Positions 26,829 through 36,648 of a DNA stretch of 64,000 nt are shown piece by piece (the stretch's first letter is position 1; every line of letters begins with the position of its first letter). Under the pieces are notes generated by a model that did no database searches, was not told where the DNA came from, and saw only the letters and a list, made by a program, of their open reading frames with translations. Position numbers and translations under genes: made by a program. Origin of the DNA: a virus; the UHGV virus genome UHGV-1366919; one strand, written 5' to 3'.

Positions 26829-27074
26829 TTAGAATCCAGCTGGAACGCAGCCATTCTTAACCTGGAGGCTGCCGCCGGGAGTTTTAGTAATAGTAAATGT
26901 TCCAGAACGAGAAGGACATTTATAAATTACATAGGCCTCATTTTCAGAAGAAGAAATTGCAAGAGGCTGAGAAAGCTCATTTTCTCGAGGAATAGCCAAA
27001 CCGATTGCATTACCAGTCTTGGTGTCCTTAGCTTCCCAACGATTTGATGAACGATTCCAATGTACGATAATCAT
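26829..27074 (-). CDS. small protein, paralog of 26593..26826
   Basis: Tandem duplicate. Confidence 0.4.
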   Translation of the reverse strand: MIIVHWNRSSNRWEAKDTKTGNAIGLAIPRENELSQPLAISSSENEAYVIYKCPSRSGTFTITKTPGGSLQVKNGCVPAGF

Positions 27075-27333
27075 AATTTTAATTTCTAATTGTTAAATGT
27101 TATACTTTTATATTATTAAAACTCTTAATTTTTAGAGGTGTTCTTTACTTTTTCTAAATAAGCCTCAATTTTCAAAACTTCTTTATATGAAAATGATTTA
27201 TCTTTACACTTAGGGCAAATATGTGTTAATACATCTGGAACAATAATAACTTGACCTTTTTTGTCGGTGAAAACAAAATCTTCAATAACTTTTTGATAAT
27301 ATGGTTGCTAAATTCAATGAAATCTAATGAAAT

Positions 27334-28434
27334 TCATTGACGTTCGGCTTTTAGGTTTTGGGGACTATATACTCCCAAATGGAGAATGTTAATAGCTGCA
27401 TTAATATCTGCATCCATCTCAGCTCCACAAGTCTTACAGTGATATACTTCACCTTGTCGACTTGACTTATTAACAGTATTACAAACGTGGCATCGTTGAG
27501 ATGTATAAGCAGGAGGAACTTTAATGAGTAAGAAACCTTCTTCTTCACTAAATCTACCTAACTTATTCATTACTTTAATGTAACTCCACCTTTGTAACTT
27601 GTTGTTAAACTTTTTGGAAAATTTTTTACCTCGTTTTACGTTCTTAAGATTCTCAACTATAATCTGCCCACAATCTTTATGCTCATTATAAAACTTTTTA
27701 ACGGTTCGGTTGATTGCTTGATCTCTTTCAATTAATGCACGTTTGAAAGCTTTAGACCGTTGTTTCTTACGAGAAATCTTTTCATAGATTCCTTCTAATT
27801 CTTTGCCGTAAACCTTTCCGTCACTACATGCGAGTAGTTTCTTGTAACCGCAATCGACACCAATCGGTCTACCATCATGCTTCGCTACTTCTTCTTTCTC
27901 CCAGTAAAGACATAACATTCCATTATCTCGAAGCATCATTGTTCGATTATTAAACTCGAATCCTTGATCTTTCAAACAGTTACAAGCATAATGAAACTTA
28001 ATAGGAATATTGAATGTAAGATAACGTGTTTTTGTTTTAAGATAAGGAGAAAAAATACGAATAAAATAATCAAACTCACCTTCCTCACATTTTTCAATAT
28101 CCCATAAATGGTAGTTAATATTAACTGAATGAGATTTGATTATAGGTTTAGTAAATGGTTTGTGACATTTTTTACCTTTATATTTTGCTAGTACCGAACG
28201 ATAAGTTTGTACTGCTTCACGATAACAATCAACTCTCCAGTTAGCATTTACTATATCATTAAGAATTGGTAACTCTTTACTCGAAAGATTAGTTTTAAGA
28301 GGCAGTTTCTTTTCGTAAATGAGGTCGATATATTTCTGTAGTAACCATTGATAATCAGATACTATCTTCTTATACAATACCTTTTTACCGGTATTGGCAA
28401 ACTTAATTGTATGTGAAGAAGTACGTAATATCAT
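27334..28434 (-). mobile_element. tnpB: TnpB-like RuvC/zinc-finger nuclease gene (IS200/IS605-type accessory, OMEGA family)
   Basis: C-terminal CHVCNTVNKSSRQGEVYHCKTCGAEMDADINAAINIL (zinc finger plus RuvC-III). Imperfect hairpin caatgaaatctaatgaaattcattg (7-bp stem) at the 3' flank. Confidence 0.65.
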
Positions 28435-28565
28435 TATCTTATTTTATACGCAATTAAGTAAGGTAAAATTAGAACTTAAATATTTTTTAAGAAAAATGAA
28501 AGTTTTTATTATAAATTCATTTTATTTCTTTGAAACTAACGAATAATCAAAATGCTTTATCACAA

Positions 28566-29312
28566 TTAAAGCATAGAATCTTCTCGTCTGGGACAATATT
28601 GCTCATAATATGTCATTGAAAGTTCATTAAGACAAATACATTTACAATTTTTAAAATCAAAACTTTCATCTACATGATAATGTCCAAAGAACCAGAATTT
28701 TGGTTGGTAAATATCAAAGATCTTATTAATTATTAGCTGTTCTTCTTGAAGGTCATTACGCAAGTCAGCATCCTGCAAATACCAATAATCGAGGCGATTA
28801 TTAGAACACTTAGGAGGTAAGGGACCGCAATGGCTAAGAATACCATGAAGTCCTTTATTTTTAATAATATCTTTTTCAAGTTCATTATATTTGGGAAAAC
28901 TAATATTTTCATCAGCCCAGTAAGATCTTTCTATATCTCTAAAACATCTATCAATAGATGTCCCTCCTCCTATACACATGAAAAGATCATCATTTAATAG
29001 AAGCAGTTGATGATCTTTCAAATGAATAATATTCTCATATTCTTCATCAATTAAATCATCTTTCCAATGAGAAGGGTTGTCATGATTTCCTCGAAGCAAA
29101 TAAGCTTTACAATTAAGCTTTTTTAATTCATCATTAAGCCAGCCATAGTCAAAAGCATAATTATTATCATTAAAACCTACTCCAATATCTCCAAGAAGAA
29201 TCAAATGGGCATCAGCGATATTAAGATCTTTTATCTTTTCAACCAGCTGAAACTTTTTACCATGAATATCTCCAATGAGATAAATGTCACCTTCAATCTC
29301 AAGCATATTCAA
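28566..29312 (-). CDS. lambda-phosphatase-like (PPP family) metallophosphoesterase, candidate 2',3' phosphatase of the tRNA healing cassette
   Basis: GDIHG ... GDIGV ... LRGNHDN motifs. Confidence 0.65.
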   Translation of the reverse strand: MNMLEIEGDIYLIGDIHGKKFQLVEKIKDLNIADAHLILLGDIGVGFNDNNYAFDYGWLNDELKKLNCKAYLLRGNHDNPSHWKDDLIDEEYENIIHLKDHQLLLLNDDLFMCIGGGTSIDRCFRDIERSYWADENISFPKYNELEKDIIKNKGLHGILSHCGPLPPKCSNNRLDYWYLQDADLRNDLQEEQLIINKIFDIYQPKFWFFGHYHVDESFDFKNCKCICLNELSMTYYEQYCPRREDSML

Positions 29313-29778
29313 AATCAGGTTTAATTGTGCAAGTATTAAATCTATTCTTCATCCTTTGCATGGTTTCTTTTGGAATATCATGAATAGACCCATACTGAGT
29401 TGTCATCTTAATTACAAATACTTTTACATTATATTGCTTGGCTGCTAGAAAATAAGCTTTAAACTCTTTATCTGCAAGAAAAGTATTAGAACAAATACAG
29501 CTATGACCAGCTTTCAACCTAGAAAATGTCCTAGCTTGGCAAAAAATATGGGCGCTATGAAGATATTTTGGATTAAAATTATAATTTCCATCTTTATCTT
29601 CAAAATATTGGTCCGCTTCAAAATAAGGAATATTAAACTGACTCGAAACCTCCTTCGCCAAAGTCGTTTTGCCAGAACCCGGTAATCCCTGAATGATTAT
29701 CAGACAAGGTGCCTTCGTTGTCAGGATCATCTTTAAAATGTTCTTCAGCTTTTCGTTTTGCATGGAGTTGTAAGTCAT
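29299..29778 (-). CDS. P-loop polynucleotide-kinase-like protein
   Basis: Walker A IIQGLPGSGKTTLAK. The true start is probably internal (M17). The long ORF overlaps the upstream phosphoesterase ORF by 146 nt in another frame. Confidence 0.55.
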   Translation of the reverse strand: MTYNSMQNEKLKNILKMILTTKAPCLIIIQGLPGSGKTTLAKEVSSQFNIPYFEADQYFEDKDGNYNFNPKYLHSAHIFCQARTFSRLKAGHSCICSNTFLADKEFKAYFLAAKQYNVKVFVIKMTTQYGSIHDIPKETMQRMKNRFNTCTIKPDFEYA

Positions 29779-30403
29779 TATATTTTTCTTTTTTCCTTAA
29801 AATATCAAGGCACTCTTCCAAAGTAAAATAAATTCGATTCTTTAACTTCAACGCATTGTCAACTCCACAATCAAAAATTTTGCCAAATGAAGAATCATCT
29901 GCATTTAAATGAGGACTGCCCCCATGACAGTGCCCGCAAAGAACTCCCAAAGCGGCATGATCCCAATCCATAATTGGAAAATGAGAAAGCCAGACATAAC
30001 ATTTCTTGGAAATTCTCAATGGAATATTAGAACCTAAAAGGGCAAGATTTTCATATTCATTATTACTGGTACCGCCAAAAATAGTATTCAATCCGGAACA
30101 GTGGTTACCAGTTAATGTATAAATCTTTTTAAATGGAAAAGTAGAAAATATTTTAATAATATCCGCAGAAGCATCATTAAAGATATTATCTCCTAGAGAA
30201 ATCAAATAAGAATCTTTATTATTGATGGCAAGATTATATAATTGGTCCAGACAATAATCAGTGTATTCAGCACAAGAGTTAAATCCTCTTGCCCCGTAAA
30301 GAAATTCTTTGTCATGATTCAAATGAAGATCAGAAACAATAAAAATATTCTTATCATTCAATTCTTTAATCAACGGGCCAATGATATTATGTCTCAGAAT
30401 CAT
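29633..30403 (-). CDS. calcineurin-like metallophosphoesterase
   Basis: VSDLHLNHD ... GDNIFND ... GNHC motifs. Confidence 0.6.
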   Translation of the reverse strand: MILRHNIIGPLIKELNDKNIFIVSDLHLNHDKEFLYGARGFNSCAEYTDYCLDQLYNLAINNKDSYLISLGDNIFNDASADIIKIFSTFPFKKIYTLTGNHCSGLNTIFGGTSNNEYENLALLGSNIPLRISKKCYVWLSHFPIMDWDHAALGVLCGHCHGGSPHLNADDSSFGKIFDCGVDNALKLKNRIYFTLEECLDILRKKEKYNDLQLHAKRKAEEHFKDDPDNEGTLSDNHSGITGFWQNDFGEGGFESV

Positions 30404-30505
30404 ATTTTTTATTTTCTTCTTCTAGCTGTCTTTTGATAACTGGATCGCCTAGCCAGTATATAAAATATTCTTTATCATCCTGAGATTGAATCCAAAGATA
30501 CTCAA

Positions 30506-31958
30506 GGCTCTGTCCTACCACAGTGTTGATTTTTAAGGAATCTTTCATGCTGTAAGACTTAATGTGTTGATGTTACCATCAAGACAATGGGTGAAGCCCC
30601 ACCCTCTACACCTTGGTCGGAGACCGACATCGGGTGCTTCTTTTCTATATCGATTTTAATTGGATTAAACATTGATTTGTGAGGTGAGAATGTTTTGCCG
30701 AGACCTCTACGCAGTATGTTAGCGGCACCATTGATGTCGGCGTTTAACATGCATCCAACAGAGCTTACAAACAACCCACGTTTCTTTCTCTTACCCATAT
30801 ATTCATCATAGTGACAAATATCCTCGTCGTCAAGGAATGAGCATTTGGAGGTGTGAGACTCATTGTGAGTTTCCACATTGATACCGGCTTCACTTGCTTT
30901 GTAAGACAACATCCAAATGAGTTGAGAATGTGGAATGCTCACAAAGTTCTGATTGTTTCGTTTACCAATGTTTACTTCCTGCTTCCATCCATCATTATGA
31001 CCGATAAAGCAGTTTCCGATTTTGTTTTCTACCATCAAATCAACCACTGAACGACTAGCCTTGTGCATATAATCTTTTGTTTTGTTATTGCGCTTTCTAG
31101 TAAGTCTCCTGAGTTTCTTTGATGTATTCATATCTCTCTCAGCCAACTTAGATACAATTTCAGCGTAAGTCTTGTTATAATATTGGTTGATGCTCTTTAA
31201 TGGTCTGCCATTAACAAGGTGGGATATAGACCCCTCGTTTGAAGTTACAGCCATTAAGTTATCAATACCAATATCTATCCCTACTGCTTTGTTGTAGTCT
31301 AAGTCAACCGGAGAAATCTTTGTTTTGTAGAAGATTTGTATCTCTATACATCCTTGCTTTGGCACAAGACGAAGCTCTTGCAAGGAGGTGAGCTTCGTTT
31401 TAATTGAAAGCTTAAAGTCCTTGCGAATGTTTATCGTTCCGTCTTTCTGGATTTTCGCGTCATTATAAGAGAAGGCAACGGAAAATAACTTATCGCCATT
31501 TGCTTCTTTCTTATACCTGGGCATCCTTGGTTTCCCAGTGAATTTCTGTGGATTCTTCTTGTATGAGTTAAGAGACCTGAACCAAGTAGAGAATGATTCG
31601 GCACACTTCTTCACAGTTTGTGCTGCTTCGTTATCCTTTAACAACGATCTAAAATCTTTGTCGTTTAACTTCCTCATTCTGGTGATTAGGTCAAACACAG
31701 AGATAAATTTCTCTTTCCTGATTATGTCTGTGTATTCAGGAATGTTCTCGTGTTTGCCACTAAACGCTTGGCGGAGAATGTATAACGTTCTATTGTAAAG
31801 AGATGTATTCAGAGAGCATTCTTGCACAGCCCAACCATAGAAGGATGTCCCTTCTTTTATCTGGTGCGTTTCAACTCTGATTGCCTCTTCTTGCATTCGC
31901 TGTTGTATATATTATACCATAGGTTTATCAGAAATCAACACTGTGGTAGGACAGAGCC
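30506..31958 (-). mobile_element. tnpB: TnpB-encoding element bounded by perfect 27-bp terminal inverted repeats
   Basis: ggctctgtcctaccacagtgttgattt at 30506-30532 is the exact reverse complement of 31932-31958. ORF 30559..31896 (445 aa) ends ...CMLNADINGAANILRRGL (RuvC-III) with a zinc finger CSFLDDEDICHYDEYMG. Confidence 0.7.
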
Positions 31959-31968
31959 TAAATGTATC

Positions 31969-32475
31969 TTAACCGTCTCTGTATTCATGAACACCCATTC
32001 TCCACTCGGGATTTTCAATAAAATCTAAAACGTTATCTAAATCTGCATAAAAATCATTATCAAAAATGATTTCATCATCATATCCATCAGAATATATTGG
32101 ACGTTGAATATAGAATTTTTCATTCGAATAATTTAAATTAAGAATATATCCAGACCTAAGTTCTAGACGTCGAATAATTTCTTTATAAGTTTCATTCTCT
32201 TGAACCTCGGCATAAGAAATATATCTGTCATAATCTTCCTGATTCTGCCAAAAAGCCGGAATACCTGATAAAACTAAAGCAAGTTTGTTATCTGGGCTAA
32301 CATCCCCAGTTTCATCAATCCACCAGTCAAAATCAATATTGACAACCTTATCTTTATCGGCTTTGGAACGAGCCCAACCTTTAAAAGATATTCTTTCAGA
32401 CTTAATAGGGCAAGTATAAGAATGAACAGAAGATGAATTAGTTTCAAATACTCCAGAACGAGTTACAATTTTCAT
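31969..32475 (-). CDS. FETNSSS-motif family protein, paralog 1
   Basis: N-terminal MKIVTRSGVFETNSSSVHSY is shared with 32479..33102 and 33519..33944. Confidence 0.45.
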   Translation of the reverse strand: MKIVTRSGVFETNSSSVHSYTCPIKSERISFKGWARSKADKDKVVNIDFDWWIDETGDVSPDNKLALVLSGIPAFWQNQEDYDRYISYAEVQENETYKEIIRRLELRSGYILNLNYSNEKFYIQRPIYSDGYDDEIIFDNDFYADLDNVLDFIENPEWRMGVHEYRDG

Positions 32476-32478
32476 AAT

Positions 32479-33102
32479 TTAGCAAGAATAATATTCCGTT
32501 CTAATAATCATGGACCGATCAAGAAGGAATAGTTTAATAAGATTTTTTAAATTGGTATAAGTTGTACAATGTTTATCAAATAATTCAGGAAAGATAAATG
32601 GATTTTCTCCATAACAACCATTATTGATAGGAATCCACCCTAGTATTTCAGTAGGATTTTCTGGTTCTTTGAACATTTCACCTAGTTCAAATCCATTATC
32701 ACCGTATTCCTGTTGATAAATTTCTTTAATATCTTTTTGGAATTGAATAAAATCAGAATGATTAATCAATTTATCATAATTTAAACAAAATGATACATCA
32801 ACTTCATAGTAATCACTGAAATCATTAGTACTCCATTTGTCTAATTTATTTTGATCATGTTTATTATAAATACAATCTTGATAAAAAGGATAATAAGACT
32901 GGCAAAGAGCTAAAAACTTATCAGAAAATGTCCATATTCCTTCAAATTCAGAATAATTAAATTGAATTTCTTTATCTAAAGAACTGACTTTTCCAAAGAA
33001 AAATTCCCAGCCCGGAACTCTTCCTACTTGACATGTATGAGAAAGAACATGTTCTGAAGAACTATTCGTTTCAAATACACAATTACGAATTACTTGTTTC
33101 AT
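32479..33102 (-). CDS. FETNSSS-motif family protein, paralog 2
   Basis: N-terminal MKQVIRNCVFETNSSSEHVLSH. Confidence 0.45.
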   Translation of the reverse strand: MKQVIRNCVFETNSSSEHVLSHTCQVGRVPGWEFFFGKVSSLDKEIQFNYSEFEGIWTFSDKFLALCQSYYPFYQDCIYNKHDQNKLDKWSTNDFSDYYEVDVSFCLNYDKLINHSDFIQFQKDIKEIYQQEYGDNGFELGEMFKEPENPTEILGWIPINNGCYGENPFIFPELFDKHCTTYTNLKNLIKLFLLDRSMIIRTEYYSC

Positions 33103-33103
33103 T

Positions 33104-33454
33104 TTAACTTATTCTGAACCAGGCTTTATAACCAGGATAATTCTGAAGGCGCTTAGAAATAGTTGTAGTATCGCATTCAAAAATATTTGCAACTTCAGCT
33201 TGAGAAAAACCCATGTAATTCAAAGTTGCTGCAACTTCAACCATACGAGGTGTAACAACTACTTTACTTTTACGTCCTCCGTCAAGTAGTTTATTTGTTC
33301 GATTATTAACAGAACTAATTTCTACTTTAGTTTTACCTTTAAGCATATTAGCCTGATTTTTATTAAATCGAAATATATTTGTAACTACTTCAACAGGAAG
33401 TATTTCAGAAAGATTCTTAGCAGCTTGGATGTCTTCTTTATAAATTCTAGCCAT
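33104..33454 (-). CDS. putative HTH DNA-binding protein (116 aa)
   Basis: C-terminal GFSQAEVANIFECDTTTISKRL is HTH-like. Confidence 0.4.
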   Translation of the reverse strand: MARIYKEDIQAAKNLSEILPVEVVTNIFRFNKNQANMLKGKTKVEISSVNNRTNKLLDGGRKSKVVVTPRMVEVAATLNYMGFSQAEVANIFECDTTTISKRLQNYPGYKAWFRIS

Positions 33455-33518
33455 TTTATAAATTAATTTATATTCAATTTAATTGAAATTAATATCTTAA
33501 GATTAAAAGGTGCTTAAA

Positions 33519-33944
33519 TTAATTCCAGTTATTATCATTATCAATCATAATTACATAATGATGTCTTAAGAAATCGACATAATCAATCCCTTCTCTATCC
33601 AATAAATTACTTGATTGATGATCAATTGTAGAAGGTTCAAAAGATTCTTTAATATATATTTCAAAATTATTGCCAAAAGCATTATGAACTACTTCAGAAA
33701 AATGTTCTATTGAATACTCATTGACTATAAAATAAACATATAGATAATTTAATTTTTGTTGAAGTGATTTAATATCATTGCCTACCCATCCGTAAGATCG
33801 AGGATATATGTACAATTTCTCATCTTTTAATAGTTTATTAAATTCTTCGTCAACAGAAATATTTTGATTATCTTGTGCCAAAGATAGCGTATGGCATGAA
33901 GATGAATTTGTTTCAAATATATTTTTTCTAATTTTCTTTTTCAT
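33519..33944 (-). CDS. FETNSSS-motif family protein, paralog 3
   Basis: N-terminal MKKKIRKNIFETNSSSCHTLS. Confidence 0.45.
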   Translation of the reverse strand: MKKKIRKNIFETNSSSCHTLSLAQDNQNISVDEEFNKLLKDEKLYIYPRSYGWVGNDIKSLQQKLNYLYVYFIVNEYSIEHFSEVVHNAFGNNFEIYIKESFEPSTIDHQSSNLLDREGIDYVDFLRHHYVIMIDNDNNWN

Positions 33945-34428
33945 TGTAAATTACTTTAAGAGGATCTACATGATTAACTTTTACAATTCTCCATTTGGAA
34001 CCATCCCAAAAATAATGGTAATCATCAAAATATTCTCCAAGATATTTCATATAAACATCTTCCATTGAAGCATGCTCATGAGCCTTGATATTATTCCATT
34101 CTTCACCTGGACGATTACAATAAAACCTTGAAGCATTTTTATCGTCAGTCTCTTCACCTTTATAAGGAGAATCATAATTTTTATCCCAAATGGCAAGACC
34201 GACGGGTTGATTCAAAAAAGAAACATCACCATGGTTTACAATCCAGTCAGCCAGCTCCTGACTATTAAAATATGTTCTAAGCTGATTAAAAAGCCAGTCC
34301 GGATAACCGTCAGAATGATTATAAACAGAACGATAAATTCCATCCGTTCCCAATACTGTAATACAAGCAGAAGTAGACATTTTAGTTTTTAATTTTGTTA
34401 AAGATTTCTTCAATAGACTTATAATCAT
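33928..34428 (-). CDS. hypothetical protein (166 aa)
   Basis: ORF. Confidence 0.45.
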   Translation of the reverse strand: MIISLLKKSLTKLKTKMSTSACITVLGTDGIYRSVYNHSDGYPDWLFNQLRTYFNSQELADWIVNHGDVSFLNQPVGLAIWDKNYDSPYKGEETDDKNASRFYCNRPGEEWNNIKAHEHASMEDVYMKYLGEYFDDYHYFWDGSKWRIVKVNHVDPLKVIYNEKEN

Positions 34429-35386
34429 TTAAGTTATATCGATCAACCGATGTAGAATTTTTTGCAAATTCTTCCTTTACCAGATCAATATACATAGTAA
34501 AACTGCCGTCATCGCCCATATAATGGGCTTTCCAATCTTCTGGAGAAACATACTTTTTAATATTAAGTTGTTCAAGTGCAAGATTATCAAATGATAGAAC
34601 CTTAAAAGACTCTAAATATTCTGGTATTTTTGCTTCAAGTTCGGCAATCTTTTTACGAATAGTCGCACCATGACAATTAATAAAATCTTTTCCCCGTCGA
34701 ATTGATTTATATCCAAGAATAAGAACCTTTAATTCTTTTGAGACCAAAGGTTCAAGATTATGAATACCGGCAATAGTATGAATTACTGCATTTTCAGGAA
34801 TATAAAGAGATTTAATTACTTTCTTGAGGTAATCAACAGAACCATTATAAGAAATACCTACGCCATAAACAAGCTTTTCCTTTTGCCATTGGCGAACTTT
34901 ATTAAGGTTTTCTTCAATTTCAATATGATGCTGGTTAACTGTAATATTTGAAATTACTCCAAGATCTTTTAAACGAATAAGAAATTCTTCAAAATCAGGA
35001 TGTTCAAAAATATTGCCTCCACCGATAGCAATTTCCTGTCCTGGATGAAGCATAGACAAAATTGGATGATTGATATTTCCATGAAGTCCGTCGACTACTG
35101 AATTTTCATGACAGAAAGCGCAACCCATATCGCATTTGTTAGTGATTTTGCAATCAATATTCTCTGGGAATTGCGCAATAAATTCATCATCTTCAGTAGT
35201 TCTGACCTTAGTACCATCTGAATAAATTTTTACATCATAATTTCCGTTCTGATACAAGTGAAGAAGGGGAGGTTCTGGAATTTTATAAATCTTCATTATA
35301 TTCTTTGAGTAAATGAAATCATTGAAATTAACCGAGCTTAAGCAATAGGTTTTTTGAGACGAATTCTTAAACATGATTAACATCAT
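34382..35386 (-). CDS. radical SAM domain protein
   Basis: ITNKCDMGCAFCHEN gives a CxxxCxxC 4Fe-4S/SAM motif near the N-terminus. Confidence 0.55.
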   Translation of the reverse strand: MMLIMFKNSSQKTYCLSSVNFNDFIYSKNIMKIYKIPEPPLLHLYQNGNYDVKIYSDGTKVRTTEDDEFIAQFPENIDCKITNKCDMGCAFCHENSVVDGLHGNINHPILSMLHPGQEIAIGGGNIFEHPDFEEFLIRLKDLGVISNITVNQHHIEIEENLNKVRQWQKEKLVYGVGISYNGSVDYLKKVIKSLYIPENAVIHTIAGIHNLEPLVSKELKVLILGYKSIRRGKDFINCHGATIRKKIAELEAKIPEYLESFKVLSFDNLALEQLNIKKYVSPEDWKAHYMGDDGSFTMYIDLVKEEFAKNSTSVDRYNLNDYKSIEEIFNKIKN

Positions 35387-35544
35387 CGATATTGGTATTA
35401 TCTTAATAATACCTTTACTCTCAACTCCTGAAGGTGTTTAGACATATAATTTAAATTAATTTTTATAAATTATTTTTATAAACTTAGAGGATAATAAGGA
35501 TAAAAATTAAAGAGTTCATAAAAATAATTTTAGAAGATTTATAA

Positions 35545-35580
35545 TAAAAAATCCCGAATCTCTTAACGAAATCCGGGATT
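35545..35580 (-). terminator. putative Rho-independent terminator (aatcccg ... cgggatt stem, T-run in minus sense)
   Basis: Hairpin plus A6 on the plus strand after the stop of 35606..36601. The loop is long. Confidence 0.35.
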
Positions 35581-35605
35581 CATATAATCACTGAAACAGA
35601 AAATC

Positions 35606-36601
35606 TTAAGAAATAGGAACTCCTAATTGAACCCAGGTATCGTTAACCCCGATAAAAACTTTACCGTCAGTTTGGAATATCAGGCCGCCATTAACGACTG
35701 TAACAGCAGATGCGTTTGCAACTTGCTGGCTAGTATTACATATCTGAACTTTATCAGATGTAGAAGTTATAGACTGATCTGTCTTAAGGGCATATTTATT
35801 ATCTGACTCAGTTTTTGTATAAGCAGTAGTCAGCAAAGCAAATTTACCATCACATTCAGTTTTTGTGTAGGTTGTAGCTTGCGGTGCAGCTGCATCTGCA
35901 GTGGTTTTAATAGCGGTTACCTCAGTCTTAGTTGCATATTTATTATCCGACTCGGTCTTAGTATAAACATCTGCTGAATTAGCTTTAGAACTTAGACTTG
36001 TATCAACTTCAGTTTTTGTATAGGTAGTAGATTTGGGAGCATATTTATTATCGCATTCAGTCTTAGTATAAGTTGTGGACTGAGGAGCAGCAGCGTCTGC
36101 AGTCGCCTTTACTGCATTTAAAGATGTAATAGTAGCATAGGTTGTTGGAATATTCTGCTCTGCAATTTTAGCATCAATTTGGCTATTAACCCATGCTGTT
36201 TGAGTAAACTTATTATCGCATTCAGTCTTGGTATAAGTTGTGGACTGAGGAGCAGCCGCATTGGCGGTTGTTTCAACAGTCGTTAAAGCAGCCTTGGTGG
36301 CATAAGTTCCAGAAAGATTAAGAGCAGTAATCTTTTTATCAATTTCTGTATCAACTCCATCCATAGTAAGAAGAGGCTGACCATTGGAAAGTAAAGTACC
36401 CTTTAAATCAATTGTACCTGGAGTACTAAGATCAACAACTAACGTATTGTTTAAATCTTTAATATCTTTTGTACTAAGGCCATTAGGAAAAATATCCTCG
36501 GAAGAACCAATCTTATGAAGACGAACTTCATATCCGTCCGGGACAGTCACAATCTTAGTTCTATTTGCCGTTACATCAAAATACCCGTCTGTGCTATTCA
36601 T
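35606..36601 (-). CDS. tail-fibre-like protein with internal short repeats (AAAPQSTTYTKTECDNKY x3-4)
   Basis: Repetitive Thr/Ala-rich motifs; the corresponding DNA repeats lie at about 35800-36300. Confidence 0.5.
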   Translation of the reverse strand: MNSTDGYFDVTANRTKIVTVPDGYEVRLHKIGSSEDIFPNGLSTKDIKDLNNTLVVDLSTPGTIDLKGTLLSNGQPLLTMDGVDTEIDKKITALNLSGTYATKAALTTVETTANAAAPQSTTYTKTECDNKFTQTAWVNSQIDAKIAEQNIPTTYATITSLNAVKATADAAAPQSTTYTKTECDNKYAPKSTTYTKTEVDTSLSSKANSADVYTKTESDNKYATKTEVTAIKTTADAAAPQATTYTKTECDGKFALLTTAYTKTESDNKYALKTDQSITSTSDKVQICNTSQQVANASAVTVVNGGLIFQTDGKVFIGVNDTWVQLGVPIS

Positions 36602-36648
36602 AAAGATATTTATTAATACGCCAGACGGAATCCTAAATACAAAACATA

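Noticed and set aside
27160-27330. Small YgiT/MqsA-like zinc-ribbon ORF (…VPDVLTHICPKCKDKSFSY…) upstream of the first tnpB
   Set aside because: The frame has no ATG, GTG or TTG start before the motif. It is likely a remnant or coincidental.
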